Assembly (NCBI RefSeq): GCF_006345805.1
Contig: NC_043000.1
Coordinates: 148,676,001-148,740,000, forward strand
Length of the DNA: 64,000 nucleotides
Direction: 5' to 3'
Source of the DNA: Octopus sinensis
Lineage: Eukaryota
The translations under genes were made by a program, and so were the position numbers. This document shows, piece by piece, positions 47,791 through 58,907 of the stretch. Below the pieces are notes generated by a model. It was not told the DNA's origin, did no database searches, and worked only from the letters and a program-made list of their open reading frames with translations. Within the stretch, counting starts at the first letter, position 1, and every line of letters begins with the position of its first letter.

Positions 47791-49390
47791 TTAAACCATA
47801 TCAAAAACTATAGTGTAACACTAAGTTGTGTTCACAATCCAAGCTTATTTTACTTGCCTTAAACTTTTTACAAGCAGTTTTCTGAAAGTATGACAAGAGA
47901 TGGAAGACATCAATAAGCAATTTTAATTGTTATATCATTTTTTTTAAATATTTAACAGTTCAATTTTTAAAATATTAATTTTGTTTTTCTTTTGTGTGTA
48001 TGGCCAGGATGAGGAGCTCAAACATTCGTTGATGTATGTTGAAAAGTAGGTCACATAGTGGCTATTGTTAAGGAAGTGTCCTGATGTGGAACACTTGTTT
48101 CAGAATTAATGCTCTTTTTGTTTTAGTTTGTACAGACAATCAATATCCATGTCAGTAAAGACGAAAAATAGTTATAAAATAGAGTGATGTTCAATCTTTG
48201 ATAGCATTAATTCTGTAAAATTTGATACATTACAGCAATTCTTATAATTCTTTAATTAGGAGAATATTTCCATGCTAGATAACAAACATATAAAAAACCT
48301 GTAAAAGAGAATAAATATAAATAAGTGGTTCATAAAAAAAAAACTCATTTGTGTTATTGTTATAACATCATATCAAGCATATTTTTTAATCCTTAATTAA
48401 AACATGAGCAAACAATTTTCTTTTTAGATTAACTATTTGGTAAGCATTTTGGCTTATTTAGCTGTAAGATATGCACCTAATAGTGAATGAAAATATTGTA
48501 CAATTGATAAATGTTTCTTTAAGCTGCAGATCTGAACCTCAATCCTTTAGTGGGTTACTGAAGAGAAAAATCCTTTATTGGATTACTGAAGAGAAAAATC
48601 ACTTTCTTTTCATTAAGTCATGCATCCTTTCCTTTCAATCATTCAATAAAGACGAAGATATTGGTGATACCTTAACAAACTAATATAGAGCATTTAATAT
48701 TCTAACATAAGGTGGCAAATGGACAAAATCATTAACACATTGGACAAAATGCTTAGATGCATTTCTCTGATCATTTACATTCTGAGTTCAAATTCTACAA
48801 AGGTCGACTTTGTCTTACTTCCTTTCAGAGTCAATAAAATAAGTACTAGTTGACTGCTGGTGTTGATATAACTGACTATCCCTTTCCTCTAAAATTGCTG
48901 GCCTTGTGCCAAAATTTGAAACCAATATTGTAATATGATATATAACGCAAAAATTGTAAAAAATTATAAAAAGAATGCGGCTAAGTAAATTAGCATAAAT
49001 GATTCAATAAAAACTAGATCATTTATAATAATTAGTTTTAATTACCAGTTTCTGAAGAAAGGTTGTCAATGCTACATTTATCTTTCATCTCTATTATATC
49101 AATAAAATAAAGCATAAATAATAATAGTGTTGATATAATTGACTAGGCTTGTTTTTTCTTATAAATTTAACTGTATTTTTAACATAATTAATTTGCTCAT
49201 TCTTTGCAATAAAACTGATATAAACATTTTAATCACACATTATAAAGGCCAACCAGCATATAAATATGAATAACGTCCCCTCCAGCCACAACCCAAAATT
49301 GTTAGAAAAGGCATGATTTTTCTCTCTTTTCTTTACCTTTCTTTCTCTTTCCTTTTCCACAAATGATCTACTGCTTTTTGATACTCTTAC

Positions 49391-49486
49391 CTACATATTC
49401 TTAACAAGAGATCACCTGTACTCCTTTTCATATCCAGTGTGATGGTCAGGATCATGAAATTTGAAAAATGAGAAGCAAGGTGCCAA
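49391..49486 (-). CDS. Unknown gene, exon with in-frame stop (VGTLLLIFQIS*, TGA at 49452-49454)
   Basis: attgtAG acceptor, GTAAGA donor 61 nt after the stop. Confidence 0.55.
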
Positions 49487-51855
49487 CTACAATAATCATA
49501 AACAACTCTTCCCCTAGACATTGAGTACTGTTTAGAACTTTTCAGCTGTAACTATTGGGTTGTCCAGAATGTTCATGCCGATTTATAGTAGCTTAACTTT
49601 CGACTTATTTTAGAACATAGTCGAGTCCATAAAATAGGATTTGACTATACCTCCATTTAGAGCACAGTTTAAGCTATCTTTTCATGAAAGAAGGTTTATG
49701 TTCCTATAACCTGTGTTAATTCTGTAACCCTTTAAAATGGAAGATACGAAAGTTCATTTTCGGCACTTGATGCTTTGGGAACCAGACAAAAATTGCTGCA
49801 GCTCGGCTGGGATGTGTTAACCCACTCCATATTCACCAGATATTGCTCCTTTGGACTTATTCAGATCTCTGCAGAGTTGTCTTAATGGTAAAAATTTCAA
49901 TTCCTTGGATGACGTAAAAAGATACCTTGATGAATTCTTTGCTATGAAACCACCTCGATTCTGGGAAGAGGGTATTTTCAAGTTAAAGGAAAGATGGAGA
50001 CACATTGTGCAACAAAATGGTTCATATTTGGTTAATTAAAAATGTAATGGCAAGTAATTGTTGACCTTTTTCTTTCTTTTAAAAATCAGCATGAACTTCC
50101 CGGACAACCCAATATATACACTATAAACACACATACATATATGTGTGAGTACGGAAGCACTCCGTCGGTTACGACGACGAGGGTTCCGGTTGATCCGAAT
50201 CAACGGAACAGCCTGCTCGTGAAATTAATGTGTAAGTGGCTGAGCACTCCACAGACACGCGTACCCTTAACGTAGTTCTCGGGGATATTCAGCGTGACAC
50301 AGAGAGTGACAAGGCCGGCCCTTTGAAGTACAGGTACAACAGAAACAGGAAGTAAGAGTGAGAGAAAGTTGTGGTGAAAGAGTACAGCAGGGATCACCAC
50401 CATCCCCTGCCGGAGCCTCGTGGAGCTTTTAGGTGTTTTTGCTCAATAAACACTCACAACGCCCGGTCTGGGAATCGAAACCGCGATCCTATGACCGCGA
50501 GTCCGCTGCCCTAACCACTGGGCCATTGCGCCTCCACATATGTGTGAGTATGTGCGTATGTGTGTGCATAAAATTATAAATGGATAATGTTCCTTACCAG
50601 TTACCAAACCAAGTAATGCATAATAAGGTCCACCAACTATAATTGACAGCCCTACAAGAGTAGCATATTGCAGCATTAGAATTATGAGAATGGACTGTTG
50701 CATAGCTGGAAAAAAAAATAAACATTTTAAAATAAACAAAAGGGAAACAATAGAAATATTAGAATTACTAAGTCTCTCTAAAGGAGATTATGGCAGCGTT
50801 ACTGGATATTAATAGTTATCGCCATACTAATATGGCAGTCTATAAATATAAGACTAAAGCTGTCGCTGATTAGCTCCAAGAGGCCATCGCCTCTAGCTAG
50901 CTATATGACACACGAACCTATTAATATCCAGTAACGCTGCCGTAATCTCCTTTAGAGAGACTTAGTAATTTTAATATTTCTATTATTGAAAACAAGTGGA
51001 TGTATTCCACTGTAACTAGGTAAATAAAATCTTTGAACAGACGGTCAGTAGCGACACCTGCTGGTTCTGAATACGCTGCATTGATAAAGGGCAACAACCC
51101 TGAAACATGTCTGCAGATGTCTGACTAGCAAGGTGAAGCGGCTGACCTCCCCTGTTCGAAGGTTGTAATGGATGCAGGTTCGTGTGTCATATAGCTAGCT
51201 AGAGGCGATGGCCTCTTGGAGCTAATCAGCGACAGCTTTAGTCTTATATTTATAAACTGCCATAATTAGTATGGCAATAACTATTAATAAAAGGGAAACA
51301 ATTACATTAAAATTATTTTTTAAAAATACAGAACAGAAAAGGAAATTAATATATTTTCATTCATTAAACGTAGTAATGCTTAATTTTCACAGATTATGAA
51401 ACTCAGAGTGGCCAATTTCCAGAGTTGCCACTGCCTGCCAATACTCAGGTTAATTTTTGTCTTTTTTGGTATGCCTATTTCCAGTTTCAACATATCAATA
51501 TAGCCACATCTTTCTGAAATTCTTTTGCTGTCCATATTTTACCTTTGTAACAAGAAGTCCAGCAAAGAATTTGAAACCTCAAGTTTCAGTCTGCTAGCCA
51601 ATTTTTGACCATGAGTTATGGTCCTCACCTTGCAATGTATATGTTACTCTTTTACTTGTTTCAGTCATTTGACTGCGGCCATGCTGGAGCACCACCTTTA
51701 ATCGGGCAACTCAACCCCGGGACTTATTCTTTTGTAAGCCCAGTACTTATTCTATCGATCTCTTTTGCCGAACCACTAAGTAACGGGGACATAAACACAC
51801 CAGCATCGATTGTCAAGCAATGCTACAGGGACAAACACAGACACACACACACACA

Positions 51856-51907
<52 letters not shown>

Positions 51908-54900
51908 TACGACGGGCTTCTTTCAGTTTCCATCTACCAAATCCACTCACAAGGCTTTGGTTGGCCCGAGGCTATAGAAGACACTTGCCCAAGGTGCCAC
52001 GCAGTGGGACTGAACCCGGAACCATGTGGTTGGTAAACAAGCTACTTACCACACAGCCACTATATATTTCTTTACACAAAAACAGCTTTTTGTCGACTTT
52101 TTAAAACTGTTTTGTGGGGGTTTTTTTTTTTATTTTTTTAACCAATTAAATCTTTTTATCACCATTTTTAAAATAAATGATCATTCATGTACAGTTTTCA
52201 AAGATGAGATAAAACAAGCTATGGCCAAAAGCAAAACAAAACTTCTTGACTCTTGCTAAGCACATAGGGCTAGATGTCTCCATTGTATCTCCATTTCTAA
52301 TGAATAATAATAATAATAAAACCGAAAATTATATGGCTTACCATCCCTGCAAGAAGTGCAAAAGATTGTCTTAACTGGTACATCACACATATTGAGAAGA
52401 GCATTGTCGATGTGAGAATTATTACTACCGATGTATTTTAATTTAACTTAAAAAAAAAAAATGAACGAACTATTGAGTTTAGTTTAATGGCCTACCAATG
52501 TATACTATGAGCTTCTTTGCCCTTTTAAAAACCTGTGATAAGTCTGTGTATCATCCTCCTCATATCTCTGGAAATTTACATCTACACTACGGATTAATTC
52601 ACCTTCTCTGTGAAGCTAATAAGCTTTTAAGAACCTGTGATAAGACTGTGCATCATCATTAAAGAACTTTGGAAATCTGTTTGCAACCTAAATCTGCCTT
52701 TAATGAAATTATCTCCAATACTTCATGAGTATAGCCTCACCCACTAAGATGTTTGGAGAACTCATATGTATTTTAGCTGATGAGTACGGGACACTTTTAT
52801 CTGCTGCAATTTTTGCAACTTTTAATAAAGCCTGTCTTTGTATGAAACAATTGTACTAAAAACTAATCCATTCTTGTTGCTTCTTTCTCGTATATATATA
52901 TATATAATGCGTGGATGCGCAATAGCCCAATGGTTAGGGCAGCGGACTCGCGGTTGTAGAATCGCGGTTTCGATTCCCAGACCGGGCGTTGTGAGTGTTT
53001 ATTGAGCGAAAACACCTAAAAGCTCCACGAGGCTCCGGCAGGGGTTGGTGATCCCTGCTGTACTCTTTCATCACTCTTTCTTCTGTTGGCCTGCTCGCTT
53101 AGCCAGCGAGGTGGCATCATTTGAAGGCTAAAACAATGCGAACGCATTGTGACCAGCGATGTGTAACTACATCTGATGGACTGGTCGATCACGTGATCAC
53201 GTGATATATATATAATATATATATACATATATATAATATAAATATATATACACATATATAATATATATTTATACACACATATATATACACACACACAATA
53301 TATTCTTTTGTTTCAGTCATTTGACCATTTGACAGCTGGAGCACTGCCTTTAGTCAAACAAATCGACCCCAGGACTTATTCTTTGTAAGCCTAGTACTTA
53401 TTCCACCAGTCTGAAGTTGGTATGCTCCGCTGGATGTATAATGTCAGTGTGCATACATGACAGAGTGTAAGCGCCCTGAGAGAAAAGTTGGACATAAGAA
53501 GCATCAGATGCGGTGTGCAAGAGAGATGACTGTGCTGGTATGGTCATATGTTGTGTATGGATGAGGATAGTTGTGTGAAGAAATGTCACACCCTAACAGT
53601 GGAGGGAACATGTGGAAGACCTGGGATGAGGTGGTGAAGCACAGCCTTCAAACATTGGGCTTCACAGAGGCAATGACAAGTGACCAAGACCTTTGGAGAT
53701 ATGCTGTGCTTGAGAAGACCTGGCAAGCCAAGTGAGATCGTAGCCATGACCGATGCCAGTGTCACATAACTGACCTGTTTAAAAGTACCCTCTAATCATT
53801 GAGCAATATGCTGTGCTTGAGAAGACCTGTTGAGTCAAGTGAAATCGTTGTCATGGCTGATGCCAATGCTGTCTGACTGGCACCCATGCCAGTGGCATGT
53901 AAAAAGCACCGTTTGAGCGTGGTCAATGCCAGTGCTGCTTGACTGGCTCCCATACCAGTGGCATGTAAAAAGCACCATCTGAGTGTGGTCAATGCCAGTG
54001 CCGCCTGACTGACTCCGCTGCCAGTGGCACATAAAAAGCCCCATTCAAACGTGGTCGATGCCAGTGGCATGTAAAAAGCACCCACTACACTCACAGAGTG
54101 GTTGGCGTTAGGAAGGGCATCCAGCTGTAGAAACCTTGCTAGATCAGAGTGGAGCCTGGTGCAACCTCCTGGCTTGCCAGTCATCAGTCAAACCATTCAG
54201 CCCATGCCAGCATGGAAAGCGGACGTTAAACAATGATGATGATGATGATGATCTATGTGTGTTTTTCTGTTTGTGTTTGTCCCCCCCATACCGCTTGACA
54301 ACCAGTCTTGGTGTGTCTACGTCCCCGTAATTTAGTGGTTCGGACAAAGAGACTGATAGAATAAGTACTAGAATTTGAAAAAGAAATGAGTCCTAGTGTT
54401 GATCTGTTCAAATAAAACACTTCAAGGCAGTGCTCCAACATGGCCGCAGTCAATTGACTGAAACAAGTAAAAGAATAAAGGAATACATAATATACATATA
54501 TATCTACGTGTGTGTGTGTGTCTTTTTGTATTTGTCCCCTACCACCGTTTGACACCCGGTGTTGATGTGTCTACATCTCTATAACCTAGCGGTTCGACAA
54601 AATTGACCTACAGAATAAGTACCAGGTTCTACAAAAGAAAAAAAAATCAGTACTGTGGTCGATTAGTTCGACTAAAATTCTCCAAGGCGGTTCCCCAGCA
54701 TGGTTGCAGTCCAATGACTGAAACAAGTAAAAGATTAAAGATAGCAAACACATGATGAATCGTTCATCTTGTACCTTTTACTTGTTTTAGTCACTGGACT
54801 GCATCCATGTTAGGGAACCGCCTTGAATAATTTTAGTTGAACGAATCGACTCGTTTAAAACCAGGTACTTATTCTATCGATCTCTTTTTGCCGAAACCCT

Positions 54901-56708
54901 AAGGTGATATAAACAAAGCAACACCTGTTTTCGAGTGCGGGGAGTGGAGTACCTCCATGTATAAATATACACACACACACACACACGACAGGCTTCTTTC
55001 AGTTTTTCATTCATCAAATCCACCTACAAGGCTTTTGTTGGCCCGGGGCTGTAAGTAGAAGATACTTACCAAGGTGTTACGCAATGGGACTGAACGCCTG
55101 TCCCATGAGGTTGGGAATCAATAAACAAATGAAGGCCTTCTATCCACTAAAAAAAAGTTTTCACTCTACAACTCCAATAACATTTTAACTGGAAATTTCC
55201 GAAAGGTTTTTAGAATCTTTTAGTAAGGAGGAACAGTAAGGAAGGAAAGGATCTTACTTTGACAAATTTAAATTATTCTAATTATAATTCAATGTTTGTT
55301 TATTCCAAGCTAAACTTTCTTAACTCATTGCTGCTTATTAAAATTGCAATGGCAATTGTCAACGTGCAAAATAACGGTTTTTTTCTTCGTTCGTTGAATG
55401 TCGCCGTGTTTTGGCGTCAAAGAGATTCTTTTTAAAGGTTATGTTGTTGTTTAGTCTCAGAATCAAGCCAAGACCGTTCTGGATTTTTTCCAAAAATATC
55501 TTGCGAGACAATATATGCAGGCATAACTAGAGTTTGGGGCCACCCAAGAATTTGTTTCCAAATGTATATTATAAGGTTGTCCCAAAAGTTCGTAGAAAGT
55601 CTTGGAAAATAATGGTCTTTATTTTGAGGAATAATTTTTGTCGTTTTTGTTAGTACTTGGCGAGTAAAAATTCAATTTTCGCAAGTGTTTACGAACTTTT
55701 GGGACAACCTAATATTAAAAGCGATTTCGCAGAAATACATTTTAGAGAGAGTATAAATACGTAATTTTTATGTATCTGACTCATACATTGTTCGCTTTCC
55801 AGACATTTGTACATTACTGCATGTACTTTATATGCACTGTCTGACAAGTTGTGGTGCACTTGAGCACTGTATACAATAATTTCATTATTATTATTTGCTG
55901 TCCGATAGCAAGTTTTTTGAAAGGTGGGTGAATTGTGCGAGACTGGCCAGTATAAATGGACCAGTTCTCAGGTTTCCCCTGTGATTCAAAAAGGTAATAT
56001 AAAAGGAGAAAAGGGACCCTCTACACCCCTTTTTTGACTAGGCTCCCGTTGGCTTTTATGGGGGTTTTTTTCCACCAGGAACCTTTCGTAACGCTTCCCC
56101 CCTTTTGGGAGTTTTTCGTTGTTAAATATTTTCATTGTTACACTGTTGTTTACACGGATTTTTCAAAAACGGACAAAACCCTTTGTAACCTTTCGTCCTG
56201 TTTTGTCCCTTTATGTTTTATAATCATGTGTGTCAGCCCTTGTGGCCAATAAAAAGAATAAATTATTGTTATTATTATTATTATATAAATCTGGGAAAGA
56301 AAAATGCGAAAAGTACTAAAGTTAAGGAAATTGGTGGCAACGAAGTCGAAATAGGTGAGGAAGAATGATCTAAAACTCACCCGACTTTTTTCCTAAACAT
56401 AATCATAATCTATGCCATCGAAAATGTATCACTGCAAAATTTAATTGGAAACATGTATTTTCAGGAAGATTTTGAAGAAATGGGACACCAAACTAGTTAT
56501 GTCCATGACCCTGTCTGTTTTTTGGCTGCTTTTAAGGTAAGTTTGATTTTAGAGAAACTTGGTATTTGTAGCAATTGGAGCGACCATAATATAGAAACTC
56601 TCTCACTAACCCAATAGTGGGTACTAAGTACCCCAATTGGTGTCCCAATGTTAACAGGAAGATGGAATAAGTTTTTATTTACTCATACCTGTTGGTTAAG
56701 ATTTTCAT
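49452..56708 (-). CDS. Unidentified small multi-exon gene, predicted ~120-aa protein with hydrophobic C-terminus (5' and 3' ends uncertain)
   Basis: Phase-1 chain of exons 52741-52835 (or -52855), 52342-52446, 50598-50705 and 49452-49486 reads open: QALLKVAKIAADKSVPYSSAKIHMSSPNILVVKLKYIGSNNSHIDNALLNMCDVPVKTIFCTSCRDAMQQSILIILMLQYATLVGLSIIVGGPYYALLGLVTVGTLLLIFQIS*. Tentative start exon 56689-56708 (MKILTN-R). Confidence 0.6.
49555..50112 (+). mobile_element. Internally deleted mariner element
   Basis: TA-flanked TIR TTGGGTTGTCC.G.A.GTTCATGC.GATTT; MEDTKVHFRHLML fused to ...YSPDIAP..LFRSLQSCLNGKNFNSLDDVK...KLKERWRHIVQQNGSY. Confidence 0.93.
50152..50537 (-). mobile_element. Family-C SINE, full length
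   Basis: TSD atatgtgtgagta. Confidence 0.93.
50598..50705 (-). CDS. Unknown gene, transmembrane exon (MQQSILIILMLQYATLVGLSIIVGGPYYALLGLVT)
   Basis: Poly-T ccAG acceptor, GTAAGG donor, 108 nt, phase 1-1. Confidence 0.78.
50752..51288 (+). mobile_element. Penelope-like non-autonomous insertion with 5' inversion
   Basis: 14-bp TSD aaaagggaaacaat; A-B-A'-C-B' inverted layout; hammerhead motif in C; no ORF. Confidence 0.65.
51076..51116 (+). ncRNA. Minimal type I hammerhead ribozyme motif (U3-A8 core variant)
   Basis: CTGCA-TTGATAA-AGGG caacaa CCCT-GAAA-CATG-TC-TGCAG: stem I 5 bp, stem II 4 bp, palindromic stem III ACATGT, GUC cleavage triplet. Confidence 0.7.
52342..52446 (-). CDS. Unknown gene, internal exon (KLKYIGSNNSHIDNALLNMCDVPVKTIFCTSCRD)
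   Basis: Poly-T + AAG acceptor, GTAAGC donor, 105 nt, phase 1-1; the other two frames are closed at once. Confidence 0.75.
52741..52855 (-). CDS. Unknown gene, internal exon (YNCFIQRQALLKVAKIAADKSVPYSSAKIHMSSPNILV)
   Basis: tttttAG acceptor (alternative AAG at 52836-52837), G/GTGAGG donor, open frame, ends in phase 1. Confidence 0.7.
53410..54250 (+). mobile_element. RTE LINE 3' end (ORF2 C-terminus plus 3' UTR)
   Basis: Decayed RSIRCGVQER..WYGH..MDE, then VNTR and (GAT)n tail. Confidence 0.9.
54255..55120. mobile_element. Cluster of three partial or degenerate family-A SINEs (two +, one -)
   Basis: Repeated ggcggt.ctccagcatgg...gactgaaacaagtaaaaga tails. Confidence 0.75.
55572..55712. mobile_element. 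Mariner-type MITE
   Basis: TA flanks, TIR T(A/T)AGGTTGTCCCAAAAGTTCGTA. Confidence 0.9.
56689..56708 (-). CDS. Tentative start exon of the unknown gene (MKILTN)
   Basis: ATG preceded by an in-frame stop, CAG/GTATGA donor in phase 2, fits the AAG acceptor at 52836. Confidence 0.3.
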
Positions 56709-57022
56709 TGAATTAATTTAATGGCTTTTACTCTACAAATGCGCACCTGCATTGTACCTTCTGACGTTTTGGCTTCGAAAGTTCTTCGTGGTTATATTAC
56801 TCCTTTGGCACTGAGCTTTAAAATGACTAATCTTTTCGAAAGACCATTTACCTTCCTCGGATCTTAGTATTTACTATCCGAAAATCCGTTTGTTTGTCGG
56901 CGGCGGAAGGATTTATGTTTTGTGGCTGTGCTGCGGTTAGCTTACCGGGAGGAGGGGGATGGTGAGGGGTTCGTTTTCTTTTTATTTGTGAAGCGAAGTT
57001 CTTTATATTAGTTTATGAATTA

Positions 57023-57412
57023 CTAGCAGTATCGCCCGGCGTTGCTCGGGTTTGTAAGGGAAATAACTATATAAGCATTTTTAGAGAGTTATAGCCAAAA
57101 AATGCATTAAAAATGGAGAAAAATTGATGGTAAATTTTTTTTTTAATCGTTGACTTATCGTAGACATTTTTAGAGAGTTACTTCCCTTATATAATAGCGA
57201 GAAAATACATTAAAATGGAAAAAAATTATGGTAAATTTTTTTTTAAATCGTAGACTCATCGTAGACGCGCGCTAATACCCAGAAGGGCTCGATATGAATC
57301 ACAACTATAAGATACCCAGTTTGGGTTACACTGCACCGCAAAATGTGGGAGTAGTTAGGAATCTAAATCGTAGGAGACAGACAGCACACAACTTCACTTT
57401 TATATATAAAGA
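57023..57412 (-). mobile_element. Non-autonomous Helitron (copy 4)
   Basis: TC...hairpin...CTAG, A|T insertion site, internal duplication variant. Confidence 0.88.
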
Positions 57413-57559
57413 TATGAGTAACTGTTCATTTATTTTATTTCGTCAGTCGATTGTTAAATAACAGAAAATAAACAGTTAAACAACCACAGACCAATAATAG
57501 AAAACTTATCCCCCAAATGCAGTCAGAGTTAAACGAGATGAGAATCCTAGGGATACAAT

Positions 57560-58380
57560 CTTTTCGCCCCGCTTGTTACTGAACAAGATTTTTCGTGAAC
57601 CAAGGGCATTCTGTCAATTTTTAAGACCAAATCAAATGAGCCGAGTCAAAACTCTCCTGCAAATCATGTGGTACTGGAATAACAAGCGCTCAACAAGAAG
57701 TACAGAGGCCAACCCTGGCTTTTTTCTAGCGAGAGCATGTCAGAATTGTTCAAGCATATGAGTAGACTTTGTGTGAAGAAGTTTGATGTAGATGAACCAA
57801 TAGACCCTGGAGACAATGCTCTTGAAATGCACAGTTCTTTGTATTTGGAATTAGCGAAACATATCTGGAAAAGGAACCTTCAATCGAGGAAAGGTGCTTG
57901 CTGAAAATCAAAGGCTCTCATAAAAGATCGACGGTTGCAGAGAAAGTGTGATGCCATGTCAGTCACTGATATATAACTATAAGGAAATAGTTGTTTGTTC
58001 ATGGATCTTTGACATCGCAATTTGCGGGCGGTGGCTACAGAACTGTAATGTCAACCCTGTAATTTCGTCAAAAAAATCGTTCCTCTAGTGATGAGATTTG
58101 TTCAGATCAGTTAACTGCGTACGATAAAACTGACGGAAGTAGTGGCTTCGACTCTGTCATAGTCAACATTCTGTTGACCTTGTGACGGAAGGCGCTCACA
58201 ATCAAAATACTGAGCAACTGTAGGCGACAATGAAGACTGGGCTTATCAGAAGGTAAAAGAGCACTTGCTTGAGAGATACTTCAGAAAAGACTCAAGATCG
58301 ACTGCGAACGTTTCAGTGATATCATTGCAGAGACTCACCTAGTCTAGTGAAAGATTTCGGTCTAAGATAAATTTCCTTTT
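57560..58380 (-). mobile_element. Possible highly decayed LINE RT fragment
   Basis: Only vague, stop-ridden resemblance to RT motifs (HRPQIAMSKIHE, ISD*HG). Confidence 0.3.
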
Positions 58381-58485
58381 CTGTTATTTAACCTCCAGCC
58401 ACTGATAAATGTCTACAGAATAAAAAATAATATTCTTTCATAGCATCACCTAAAAAAATTATAATAATAATAATAATAATAACTG

Positions 58486-58907
58486 GGCAATCTTTCGTCT
58501 CTAGTAGACCTTTCCGTCGATTTCCGTAAAAAAAATTTTTTTTTCTACATATGGGCTTGCGGGAACTTTTGAAGTAATGAGAGCGAAAGAGACTAAGAGA
58601 AAGCGATTGTATGACGAGGGAAGTTCTTTTGAAGTTACCGTGCATGGGAAGCATTGATGTACATGTGTGTGTGTGTGTTTGATGGGGTGTGGGAGACAGA
58701 CAGTATGTTGTGTAAGTGAAGTGCTTCTGTTAGTGTGTGTGTGAAGAGACAGAGTAATGTGTGAAAGAAAGAGATAACTGAAATTTTTTACTCGGTGTAT
58801 GTGTATATGTATGTATATTACTTCAAAAGTTCCCGCAAGCCCATATGTAAAAAAAAAAAAAATTTACGGAAATCGACGGAAAGGTCTACTAGAGACGAAA
58901 GATTGCC
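58486..58907. mobile_element. MITE with ~90-bp near-perfect TIRs, Merlin-like termini
   Basis: GGCAATCTTTCGTCTCTAGTAGACCTTTCCGTCGATTTCCGTAAA...TACATATGGGCTTGCGGGAACTTTTGAAGTAAT and its reverse complement; TSD obscured by (AAT)n. Confidence 0.88.

Noticed and set aside
49400-49454. Selenocysteine readthrough of the TGA in the orphan gene
   Set aside because: Further TGAs and a TAA follow within about 16 codons, and no SECIS was identified.
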